This document shows positions 1-9,946 of a stretch of 37,987 nucleotides of DNA, piece after piece. Under the pieces are notes generated by a model that worked only from the letters and a program-made list of their open reading frames with translations, did no database searches and was not told the DNA's origin. Source of the DNA: Chiloscyllium plagiosum (lineage: Eukaryota). Positions within the stretch are counted from its first letter, which is position 1. Every line of letters starts with the position of its first letter. Where the stretch lies: assembly GCF_004010195.1 (NCBI RefSeq), contig NC_057720.1, positions 5,368,177 through 5,406,163 of the forward strand. The letters run 5' to 3'. A program made the position numbers and the translations under genes.

Positions 1-403
1 AATACCAGGTAAAACTCTTACAAGAGAAGGCCTCAGAACAAAACAAATAACTTTCGAAAACAGCAGGTTGTTATTTTTCTCATTCTGCAACTCTGTTCCC
101 TCCACACACACATACATAAACACACACACACAATCACAAGCTGAACGGGGCTCGGGAGGAAGAGGGAGAGTTTGTAAGTTAATTGTTTTAATGAGGCGGT
201 ATTAAGGCAGGACAAGGGGGTCTGGGAGGGAATCATGGTCACATCGGGGACTGTTTGAAAGGAAAAGGAAAAGGGGAGAGAACACACAGACAGATCTACA
301 GTGAGAAGCTGCAGGGGGGCACTAGGCCCGGAACTGAATGAATGAGCCTGAGGCTCTCCCGCTCCCCCACAACATCCCCCACAGTCTCCGCAATGACACT
401 CAC
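1..403 (-). other. 5' part of intron 1 of the PKA catalytic subunit gene
   Basis: Begins at consensus donor GTGAGT (403-398); ORF read-through beyond it is not kinase-like. Confidence 0.88.
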
Positions 404-449
404 CGCTCTCGATCTCGTTGCCTTTTTTGGCGGTCGCAGCGTTTCCCAT
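404..449 (-). CDS. PRKACA/PRKACB: cAMP-dependent protein kinase catalytic subunit, coding part of exon 1 (isoform 1); rest of gene lies left of the window
   Basis: ATG at 449-447 in strong Kozak context (AGG ATG G). Encodes MGNAATAKKGNEIES plus 1 nt (46 nt), followed by a GTGAGT donor at 403-398. Matches the known myristoylated N-terminus and phase-1 first intron of PKA C-alpha1/C-beta1. The paralogue cannot be resolved from 15 aa. Confidence 0.93.
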
Positions 450-852
450 CCTTCGGAAGACACTGAGGGAGAGGGAGGGGAACTCGGTGGCTAAAGCTTT
501 GTCCTGTCGGTCTGTGTGTGTGAGTGTGTCTGTGTGAGGGCTTTAGGGCCTGGGCCTTGGGGGGCTGCACTCTCGTGATTTTATTCCCCCCCTCCACTCC
601 TCCTCCCTGATGTTCTCCTGCTTCTTCAGGAAGGAGTGAATCTCCCTCTCTCCGTCCGGGAGGAGGCGCCGCTCCGGCCGACCCCGGGCTCGCTCTCTCC
701 CTCCCTCCCTCTCACACACACAGAGGCAGGCCTCCGCCTCCCGGCTGGCTGACAGACAGACAGACTGGATTGATGTTAATTCCCTGTCGGCATCTAGCGG
801 CTGTGATTTCCCTGGGGGCCGCCCCCAACCTCGTCGTCGTCCTTCTCCTCCG

Positions 853-872
853 CCACCACCACCACCACCACC
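853..872. repeat. (CCA)n microsatellite
   Basis: About 6.7 consecutive CCA units. Confidence 0.9.
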
Positions 873-937
873 GTCTTCGGTTTCTCTCTGACGGCGGCAA
901 CGGCCACTTCAACCCACCGCAACCCAACTTGATGATG

Positions 938-1434
938 CCGGAAGTGACGAACAAAGCGGCCCCGCGCGCGCGCGCGCGCACACACACTTGATGGCTCTCT
1001 CTGGAGACGGCGTGCCGGGCGTGGTGATGTCAGACGTTTGGAGTGGTGGGGGCGGGACAGGTCCAGCACGTCGTGACGTCTTGAGCGGGTCGGTTTCAGG
1101 AGGGGGAGAGCTTACAAAGGGGAGGGTACAATACGCGTTGGGCGCCGTTACGTTAAGACGTCATGACGTCACGCAGCGGGACGGCCAAATCGCGTGCTAA
1201 CGTCTCGACAGCGCGGAGGTCGTCGTGCTTTTAATAGGCATCGACGTCACGACGCGGTGTGCGCAGCTTGATGTCACAGGGAAGGCGGGAAACGGGGCGG
1301 AGCGTCACGCGACTGCTGGGTGGCTGAGGCGCGCGGCGACGACCCGTGCGTGAGCGGGGAAAGAGTGCATGGGATGGTATGATTTGGAGATGTTACGCAT
1401 GCGTGTTTGGGCGGGGCGTCTGGTGTGACGTCAC
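938..1434. promoter_or_regulatory. Cluster of CRE (CREB/ATF) motifs
   Basis: TGACGTCA at 1164-1171 and 1426-1433; GACGTCA 1157-1163; TGACGTCT 1074-1081; CGACGTCA 1242-1249; TGATGTCA 1025-1032 and 1269-1276; CCGGAAGTGACG 938-949. Confidence 0.7.
963..987. repeat. (CG)8(CA)4 alternating purine-pyrimidine tract
   Basis: Read directly from the sequence. Confidence 0.9.
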
Positions 1435-2112
1435 TAATGGGGCGAGGTAACGCGTCGGCCACGTGATCATCTATCCCGCCCGGGGCGGGACCTCTGGCGG
1501 TTACCCCGCCCCAATAAAAGCATAACAAACAAACCAACAATGAAGGTCACACAGTGATTGTGGATCAACATTGTTTACGTTCAGGTCAGTTTATTCCCGA
1601 GGGCTGAAAAGTTTTTATTTGTCTTTTTTTGTCAAGGTGGTTGCTGTTGTTATAGTTCGGGCTTCTGCTGAGGAGATTGTCGCACTATTTTATCTGTAAT
1701 GAGACACGGAGTGCGGGCGAATCACTGTTGTTTCCACCTTAACGGTGGAACTACTTTCACCTATTCACCGCCTCGCGCGACTGGTGTGAAGGGGCCACTT
1801 CCGGTGTGTGAGTTGCCTGTGGGCCCCACCAGGTTCTCTTAAAGCGGCTCCTCACACAGTTCTCTGATGAAGTGTCATCTAGAATTGAAACGTTAGCTTT
1901 CTTTCTCCACGGATTCGCTCCAATCTCCTTCCACAGTGAACTTACACATTAATGCCTAGACAAAAATAAACTCGGGCAGTTCAAATTAAACCATTAAAGG
2001 GCACAGAAGGTGTTGTGAATAATAATAGATTTTATTAAAAAGTATAAAACATATAAAATAGGAGTAGGAGTAAGGCATTCAACTGTTCCAAACTTGACTA
2101 CTACACATTATA

Positions 2113-2215
2113 GTCAAGATGAGAGTGTGTTGCTGGAAAAGCACAGCAGGTCAGGGACCATGCAAGGAGCAGGAAAATTGACGTTTCGGGCAAAAGCCCT
2201 TCATCAGGAAAGGGT
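2113..2215 (-). mobile_element. Short PLE-derived terminal-repeat insert with hammerhead core
   Basis: Minus strand reads CTGATGA-A-GGGC-TTTT-GCCC-GAAA-CGTC (2207-2180). TSD TACACATTATA at 2102-2112 and 2216-2226. Homologous to the 3' end of the PLE at 37133-37987. Confidence 0.8.
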
Positions 2216-2559
2216 TACACATTATAATTATGATTAATCATCCAACTCAACAATCTGTTCCTACTTTTATCCAATATCATTTGATGTCCTGAGGACATTC
2301 AACAACGTTGATTCTGTGTTATGGGAGAGATTAGAAGTAGGAATTACTGTTTGGCATCTCATTTCAAAAGGAGACTTAGAGGTGTTTATAGAGAGTTGTG
2401 ATTCTTTGCAATTCATTTCCCCAAACTTCATTGTGACATGGAATTGACCCTCTCTCACTAGTATCCTTACAGATAACGAAGGAAACCACTTCGACTGGGA
2501 CAACACATCCATCCTAGGACATGCCAAACAGAGACACGCATGAGAATTCCTAGAAGCAT

Positions 2560-3020
2560 AAAGTTAAAAATCACACAACACCAGGTTATAGTCCAGCAGG
2601 TCTAATTGGAAGCACTAGCTTTCAGAGCGCTGCTCCTTCATCAGGTGGTTGTAGTGGTTGTGAAAGCTAGTGCTTCCAATTAAACCTGTTGGACTATAAC
2701 CTGGTGTTGTGTGATTTTTAACTTTGTACACCCCAGTCCAACACCGGCATCTCCAAATCATGACCAGAGCTCAAGTACATTCGGCACACAAAGCAAATAA
2801 CTCACTTTGGCTTGTGTCAGTCACATGCCTGATGGACACATGATTTTCCAATAGGAAACAAAAAAAAGGGACTGGTGGTATCTAAACCAGGCAACAGCTA
2901 ACAAAAAGTAATATGAACGAATATCGATGCAGAGCTAAAACAGAGAAGATGGGAAGTACTGCAGGGTTTCAGACTAGACAGTGCCAGATTAGAGTCCAAC
3001 ACCGGCATCTCCATATCCCG
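2560..3020. mobile_element. Nested PLE-derived inverted terminal-repeat insert
   Basis: Inverted arms 2560-2624 / 2661-2725 (2 mismatches). GAAGCAT duplicated at 2553-2559 and 3021-3027. A decayed related arm lies at ~3958-4020. Confidence 0.75.
2613..2647 (-). ncRNA. Minimal type I hammerhead ribozyme motif (AGCT variant)
   Basis: Minus strand: CAC-CTGATGA-A-GGAGC-AGC-GCTCT-GAAA-GCTA-GTG. Stem I CAC/GTG, stem II 5 bp, palindromic AGCT in place of stem III. Confidence 0.7.
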
Positions 3021-3199
3021 GAAGCATGGTATTCCAACCTGATCTCTTATCAACAAGCACATTGAGTTAGACCCCATCTACCACCCCCTGAGAAAAAGAA
3101 CCGGAAATGACATCACCACAGGAAATGACCTCACCAACCTAAAGAAACCCAAACATATAAATAGAAAGCAGGAATTATCAGCAGTGCTTTGACTGGAGG

Positions 3200-3241
3200 T
3201 CCACTGAAGATGTTACCTAGTAGGGTGACGAAACGTCTGGA
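3200..3241 (+). ncRNA. Minimal type I hammerhead ribozyme motif (ACGT variant)
   Basis: TCCA-CTGAAGA-T-GTTACC-TAGTAG-GGTGAC-GAAA-CGTC-TGGA. Stem I TCCA/TGGA, stem II 6 bp, complete core, predicted GUC cleavage triplet. Confidence 0.75.
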
Positions 3242-4551
3242 AATGAACCTTCCAGCTCAGCGAGCAAACCTACATCCATAAATGCTCACCCACATCATGG
3301 GTATACACTAAAGAAATTTAATAGATTCTCCTCCCTTGTCAGGTCAAACATCCCACAGGCTTAAGATATGAAAGTTTCCCTTTGCTTTCCAATAATTTCT
3401 TTTAAACTAGCTGGCTGACTGGTTCACCACAAGTTTCTGCCTCACTCTCACTCTCTGCATCATCTTGCCTCCCCACCAACTTCCCCTACATTCAATGAAA
3501 ACCAAAGACTCGTAACTCCAAATCCTCCATCACTGAACAATTCGTCCATTGAGCTATCAATCAAAGTGTCTATCTTTTTGCTAAGAGTAATTCTTAAAAG
3601 GCTTATCATTCTGGTGTTACATGTATGAGAAATTCTGTGTCTTGTTTTCTCATCTAAGATGAGATAAATGTTTCCACAACCTTATCATTTACCACCACAA
3701 ACCACCCTGTGATAAAGTTGCAGTTAGTGCTTTATAAACCAAGCTTTATTTGAAAGTGCAATCTTTACACAATTCCTTATTAAATAGTTTTCAAGAAAAA
3801 AAGATGATAAGAAGTCCTGAACTGAATGATTGATTCCCCAAACACTACATCTCCAACATCCAATTCCTAGATCATAACTTTTGATTAGAAAGATCTGTTA
3901 CCTGCCAGCCCAATGTTCACATTCGCTTCTTCTAAAAAAATCATGTTCCTTCTGATAAAGTTAAAAATCACACAATACCAGATTACAGTCCAACAGATTT
4001 ATTTGAAAGTACAAACTTCTGACAAAGAGTAACATTCTTATTTTTCAAATAATGGTATGATTGTCTTCTATCTGTGTTCTCTTGAGGTTTAGAATTTAAA
4101 AGTTGTCAGCTTTAACATTTGTTGAACGTTCTGGCCCAGTCCACAATGATCAGTGTCAGTTTACTCTGGGTCATCTTGTGCATTGTTTGCATCTCTGAGG
4201 AACTCTGCATGTGCACTTTTCATCTGTCACTGTCTGGAATTTCTCCAAATCAGGGCTGGTATCGCTGCTAGGCAAACTTGGCAGAACAACAACATTTCAA
4301 AATTGGTGTCAGGATGACAAAAACGTGGAACTATATATTTGTCATGATATATAAGTAAACAAACAATTCAGAAGTAGGATGAAAGGTCTGGATCGAGTGA
4401 TATATGTTCACATATATGGACAAATGGACATCTGAGTGTGTATATTGCAGCCTTTCCCAAAATCTCATTTTATATTCCTCATTTTGTTAATGCAAGAGTG
4501 TTGCAAATTTGTATATCTACATAACTATTCCAAAACTGCAATCCAGTTATT

Positions 4552-4847
4552 GGGTAGCACAGTGGCTCAGTGGTTAGTTCTGCTGCCTTGCAGTGCCCAG
4601 GGACTGAGTTTGATTCCAGCCTTGGGTGATTGTGTGTGGAATTTGAGTGAGCTCTGTGTCTGTGTGGGTTTTCTCCCACAGTCCAAAGATGTGCAGTTTG
4701 GGTGGATTGACCATGCTAAATTGCCATGTAGTATGCAGGCAAACTGGGTTAACTATGGTGAATATGGGGATAGGGTGGGATATTCTTTGGAAAGTTGATG
4801 CTAACTTGATGGGCTGAATGGCCTTTATCTGCACTGTTGGGATTCTA
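4552..4847 (+). mobile_element. tRNA-derived SINE (HE1/V-SINE-like)
   Basis: A-box-like GTGGCTCAGTGGTTAG, B-box-like GTTTGATTCC, central CCCACAGTCCAAAGATGTGCAG, and CR1-like tail GGGCTGAATGGCCT...GGATTCTA. Confidence 0.88.
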
Positions 4848-5197
4848 AATTATACCAAAGAATGTAATTTAAGCTACTCCACTCTACCAATGATTATTCG
4901 CTATGTAAAACGTGAATGAAATTATCTAGTAACAGAAGTAGGAATACACAGGAGAGCATCACGTAAACCATCCAACAGATTATAAAGTGCATTTCTCCCA
5001 GTACTTTTCCTTTGAAAAGTCTCAAGTATTGAGGATATGCAATCAATATCAAAACATTTTCCTTTCCCATGTGAGATAACTCTGAAATTTTCAATGCAGA
5101 ATTGTCATCCATGCTGTTGCACAACTTCTTATTCCAGGATATTTTTGTGGGTTGGGGAGGGGTTTACCAAGGGCACCAAATATTTTTGCAGGGTGAA

Positions 5198-5380
5198 CAT
5201 TTAGCTCAGTTGGATGGACAGCAAGTTTGCACTTCAGAGAGATGCAACAGCAAGACTTCAATTCCCACGTCTGATTGAGGTTATCACGCAGGTCCGTCTT
5301 TCTCAACCTCAGGTTAACCCACCACCAGTTGCCTGTCTCTCCTATGAGAAGGTAGCCCTGTGATCTTCTCGGGCTTTGGA
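5198..5380 (+). mobile_element. Decayed tRNA-headed SINE of a second family
   Basis: TTTAGCTCAGTTGG...TTCAATTCCC resemble A and B boxes; body differs from the HE1-like copies. Confidence 0.45.
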
Positions 5381-5630
5381 ATTAGAATTAGTTTTATTGT
5401 CATGTGTACTCAAGTGCAGGAGTACAATGAAAAGTGTAAGAAGTCACCATTCACAGTGCTATGTTAGTTACAAGCGTACTTCAGTACTCTGCAGAAAAGC
5501 AAAGAAATACAGTTAAAAGTTCAACATTACAGTCCCTCTATAGCCATGGGCCTACAGTTACTCCATGCAATGGCTCGTTGTCCCCTGCATTAGGCCTGCA
5601 CTCCCCCGTGCTGGACTGACTCCCTCACTG
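5381..5630 (-). mobile_element. 3' portion of a short non-LTR element related to 32190-32598
   Basis: Minus strand tail ACTTTTCATTGTACTC...GAGTACACATGACAATAAAACTAATTCT matches 32535-32598; CTTGTAACTAA also shared. Confidence 0.65.
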
Positions 5631-7210
5631 CTGACCACCAACCGGGCTCTCGATCCCCTTTGTCTCTGACCACCATCCGGGCTCTCGATCCCCTTTGTCT
5701 CCGACCACCATCTGGGCTCTCGATCCCCTTTGTCCCTGACCACCATCTGGGCTCTCGATCCCCTTTGACTCCGACCACCATCCGGGCTCTCGATCCCCTT
5801 TGTCCCTGACCACCATCCGGGCTCTCGATCCCCTTTGTCTCTGACCACCATCCGGGCTCTCGATCCCCTTTGTCTCCGACCACCATCTGGGCTCTCGATC
5901 CCCTTTGTCCCTAACCACCATCGGGGCTCTCGATCCCCTTTGACTCCGACCACCATCCAGGCTCTCGATCCCCTTTGTCCCTGACCACCATCGGGGCTCT
6001 CGATCCCCTTTGACTCCGACCACCATCGCGGCTCTCGATCCCCTTTGTCCCTGACCACAATCCGGGCTCTCGATCCCCTTTGACTCCGACCACCATCCGG
6101 GCTCTCGATCCCCTTTATCTCTGACCACCATCTGGGCTCTCGATCCTCTTTGTCTCCAACCACGATCCGAGCTCTCGATTTCCTTTGTCTCTGACCACCA
6201 TCCGGGCTCTCGATCCTCTTTGTCTCCGACCACGATCCGAGCTCTCGATTTCCTTTGTCTCTGACCACCATCCAGGCTCTCGATTTCCTTTGTCTCTGAC
6301 CACCATCCGGGCTCTCGATCCCCTTTGTCTCCGACCACGATCCGGGCTCTCGATCCCCTTTGTCTCCGACCACCATCCGGGCTCTCGATCCCCTTTTTCT
6401 CCGACTACCATCCAGGCTATCGATCCTCTTTATCTCTGACCACAATCTGGGCTCTCGATCCCCTTTGTTTCCGACCACAATCTGGGCTCTCGATCCCCTT
6501 TGTCTCCGACCACAATCCGGGCTCTCGATCCCCTTTGTTTCCGACCACAATCTGGGCTCTCGATCCCCTTTGTTTCCGACCACAATCTGGGCTCTCGATC
6601 CCCTTTGTTTCCGACCACAATCTGGGCTCTCGATCCCCTTTGTTTCCGACCACGATCCTGGCTCTCGATCCCCTTTGTCTCTGACCACGATCCTGGCTCT
6701 CGATCCCCTTTGTCTCCGACCACGATCCTGGCTCTCGATCCCCTTTGTCTCTGACCACCATCCTGGCTCTCGATCTCCTTTGTCCCGAACCACCATCCGG
6801 GCTCTCGATCTCCTTTATCTCTGACCACCATCTGGGCTCTCGATCCTCTTTGTCTCCGACCACGATCCGAGCTCTCGATTTCCTTTGTCTCCGACCACGA
6901 TCCTGGCTCTCGATCTCCTTTGTCCCTGACCATCATCTGGGCTCTCGATCCCCTTTATCTCTGACCACCATCCGGACTCTCGATCCCCTTTGTCTCTGAC
7001 CACCATCCGGGCTCTCGATCCCCTTTGTCTCTGACCACCATCCAGGCTCTCGATCCTCTTTGTCTCTGACCACGATCCGAGCTCTCGATTTCCTTTGTCT
7101 CCGACCACGATCCTGGCTCTCGATCTCCTTTGTCCCTGACCATCATCTGGGCTCTCGATCCCCTTTATCTCTGACCACCATCCGGACTCTCGATCCCCTT
7201 TGTCTCCGAC
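5631..7210. repeat. 35-bp minisatellite, 45 units
   Basis: Consensus GACCACCATCCGGGCTCTCGATCCCCTTTGTCTC(T/C). First GAC at 5633 and last at 7208 span 1575 bp = 45 x 35. Confidence 0.97.
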
Positions 7211-7269
7211 GTACACAAGCATTCTGAATTACATGTCTGATTTTCAGCTGGTGAAATCCACATTAATCC

Positions 7270-7585
7270 AATTTCCTCATTTCCCCTCAATCCACCTCAC
7301 CCCAATCCTTAGCCTCCAAATTGGCACTGCCCTCTTGAGCTGTCCATCGTCTTTCCTATCTATCCGTTCCACCCTCCTCTCTGACCTATTACCTTCTCCC
7401 CCACCTTCACCAACCTATTGCATTCTCAGCTATGTTCCCTGCAGCCCCACCCCCTCCCATCTATCTCTCAGACCCCTAGCCCACAAGCCTCATTCCTGAT
7501 GAAGGGCTTGTGCCTGAAATGTCAATTCTCTTGCTGTTCGGATGCTGCCTGACCTGCTGTGCTTTTCTTCGACCACACTCTTGAC
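7270..7585 (+). mobile_element. PLE 3' UTR / terminal-repeat fragment with CpG-decayed hammerhead core
   Basis: Similar to the reverse complement of ~37180-37510; CTGATGAAGGGCTTGTGCCTGAAATGTC from 7496. Confidence 0.75.
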
Positions 7586-7955
7586 GGGTGACCTTATTGA
7601 GGTTTTTAAAATCATGAGGAGTATCATAAGTGAGTGACAAGGGTCTTTTCCCTCGGGTAGGGGAGTTCAAAACTAAGGGGTGTATTTTTAAGGTGAGAAG
7701 AGAAAGATTTAAGAAGGACATGGGGACAACCTTTTTATATTGAGAGTACTTCTTGTATGGAATGAACTGCCAGAGAAAGTGGTGGATGCAGGTACAGTTA
7801 CAAAGTTTAAAAGTCATTTGGATAAAGAATGAATAGAAGAGGTTTGGAGGAATACGGGCCAAGTACAGGCAGGTGTGATGAGTTTAGTTTGGGAATGTGG
7901 TTGGTGTGGACTGGTTGGACTGAAGAGTCTGTTTCCATTCTGTATGACTCTGTGA
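7586..7955 (+). mobile_element. CR1/HER1 LINE 3' fragment
   Basis: GDLIEVFKIMR-type coding remnant followed by the CR1 3' tail (...CTGTATGACTCT). Confidence 0.85.
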
Positions 7956-8000
7956 TTTTAAGTCTCATTTGAGGAGGTAATGATATAAAGGTAATATTAC

Positions 8001-8348
8001 AGAATCCCTACAGCATTGAAAGGGGCTATTCAGCCCATCAAGTCAGCACTGAACCTCCAAAGAGCAGCCCACCCAGACCCAGACCCCTACTCTATTTCTG
8101 TATCCCTGTATTTACTGCGGCTAACCCACCTAGCCTGCACAGTCCCTTGACACAATCGGCAATTCAGCATGTCCAATCCATCTACCCTGGTCATCTTTGA
8201 ACTGTGGGAGGAAACTGAAGCATCCAGAGAAAACCCACACAGACACATGGAGGAAATGCGAACTACACACGGGCAGTCACCCAAGGCTGGAATCAAACAC
8301 GGATTTCTAGTGCTGTAAGGCAACAGTGCTAAATACGGATCCATTGTG
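8001..8348 (-). mobile_element. tRNA-derived SINE (HE1/V-SINE-like)
   Basis: Reverse complement matches the copies at 4552 and 26148. Confidence 0.85.
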
Positions 8349-8483
8349 AGACCCCAAAATTAATTTATATTGTACCAACCATGATGGTAAGATTTGAACC
8401 CACATCATCAGAACATTAGCCAGGGTTTCTGCATTACTAGAATGGTGACGTTGCCATTACACTACTGTCTTTTCCTTTTCACG

Positions 8484-8790
8484 AGGTGACCAAGAGGTTT
8501 ATAAAGTCATAAAGGTCATGGATAGGGTGAATACCAAATGTCCTTTCCCCAGGGGAGGGGAGTCCAAAACTAGACAGCATAGATTTAAGTTGAGAGGGGA
8601 AAGATTTAAAATTTACCTAAGGCGCAGCTTTTTCACACAGAGGGTGGTGGATGTATGGAACGGGCTGTCAGAGGAAGTGGTGGTGGCTGGTACAGTTACA
8701 ACAGTTAAAAGGCATCTGGATGGGTACATGAATAGGAAGGGTTTAAAGGGAATTGGGTCTAGTGCTAGCAAATGGGACTAGGTTAATTTA
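8484..8790 (+). mobile_element. CR1/HER1 LINE 3' fragment
   Basis: ORF 8518-8781 contains FFTQRVVDVWNGLSEEVVVAGT...KRHLDGYM, the CR1 ORF2 C-terminus. Confidence 0.88.
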
Positions 8791-8842
8791 TACAGAATTC
8801 CATAATAAATATGAAGTGTAAAGCTTTATTACCAGTTATCTG

Positions 8843-9789
8843 TGTGACAGTGCTGTGTTTTTAAGAGATTATTTTGTCCTTTTTTTTCAAAGAGAGGGTC
8901 TAAGACTGAGGCACCGAACTTGCTAGTGAAGCCGCATAAAATAAACAAGTTGTGAGGCAGAACTGGAGGGCATAGGTTTAGAGTGAGAGGGGAAAGATAT
9001 AAAAGAGACCTAAGGGGCAACTTTTTCACCCAGAGGGTAGTGTGTGTATGGAATGAGCTGCCAGAGGAAATGGTGGAGGCTGGTACAATTATAACATTTA
9101 AAAGGCATCTGGATGGGTATATGAATAGAAAGGATTTAGAGGGGTATGGGCCAGGTGCTGGCAAATGGGACGAGATTATGTTAGGATATCAGGTCGGCAT
9201 GGACGAGTTGGACCGAAGGGTCTGTTTCTGTGCTGTACATCTCTATAAGTATAAGCAGCCGGGGATGGGTGTGGCCAGCTCTTACAGACCAAGATGTCTA
9301 GTTTTTTAGCTTTTTTAAATTTAAGCAGTTGCTGTTGGAGGCTCAACAGAGCAGAAGCTGCTGGAGTTTTAAAGAAGTAGAAGCTATTCTTTCCCCTTGG
9401 TTACAGCTAGAAGCTGGGGCTTGTCTTCCTATTGCGGGTGCTGCATGTGAGAAAATCTGATTTCTGAACTTTACCAAGAGAAGTATTTATGGGATGTTAC
9501 TATCTTAGAACAGTTACTTATGAACAGGTCATATATCTATTATTATGTTAAGTTTTCCACTAGAGTTAAGTTATTCTAAGTGCTTTCTTTTGTTGTGCTG
9601 TAACTATATTGTTTGAATAAATTGTGTTTTGCTTAACGTCAAGTAATGTGACCAGTCAGATTGCATCTGGAACACAGCACTACACATTTGCCTTTAAAAT
9701 TAGAAAAAGTTAGGGTCTAGGCCACCTTCTTAAAATATTTTGAGGGGGTCTGGCCTGGTCCATAACAAACTGGGGGCTCTTGTCAGGAT
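8843..9789 (+). mobile_element. LTR remnant with downstream tRNA-Pro-like primer binding site, interrupted by CR1
   Basis: TGTGAC start; AATAAA near 9616; ends CATAACA (9767); then TGGGGGCTCTTGTCAGGAT (9771-9789), resembling the tRNA-Pro PBS TGGGGGCTCGTCCGGGAT. Confidence 0.6.
8960..9246 (+). mobile_element. CR1/HER1 LINE 3' fragment
   Basis: ORF 8983-9309 RGNFFTQRVVCVWNELPEEMVEAGTIITFKRHLDGYM; CR1 tail. Confidence 0.88.
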
Positions 9790-9946
9790 TAAAATCATGT
9801 GGGGTTCAGCAGCATGTGTTCCTAGTGAACTGTAACAATTTAGTTTAAGTGCCTGTTTTAACTGTGTTTCTTTTCTGGTCACAGACATTTAGGGAACTGG
9901 GCCCAGTGAAGTCATTCTGATTTTTTAGTGAAAGATTTGCACATGC

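Larger units (their letters stand above)
640..1520 (-). promoter_or_regulatory. CpG island / promoter and 5' UTR region of the PKA catalytic subunit gene
   Basis: Very high CpG density compared with the CpG-depleted rest of the window. Several GGGCGG boxes, CCGGAAGT (938-945), CACGTG (1460-1465) and CCAAT (1511-1515). Lies directly upstream of exon 1. Confidence 0.88.
2470..3278 (+). mobile_element. Penelope-like element 3' fragment (GIY-YIG C-terminus and 3' repeat), interrupted by insert 2560-3020
   Basis: Translates EGNHFDWDNTSILGHAKQRHA*EFLEA|WYS...INKHIELDPIYHPLRKR; homologous to 16286-16585; ends with a hammerhead core. Confidence 0.8.

Noticed and set aside
33..449. 138-aa ORF as a complete protein
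   Set aside because: Only the first 46 nt are exon; the rest is read-through past a consensus splice donor.
712..1069. Poly-His / poly-Trp / ARARAR ORFs
   Set aside because: Translations of (CCA)n and (CG)n microsatellites inside a CpG island.
5558..7222. Long repetitive ORFs (up to 412 aa) and a CRISPR-like appearance
   Set aside because: By-product of a stop-poor 35-bp tandem unit that is open in several frames on both strands. There are no unique spacers and no cas genes, and the context is vertebrate.
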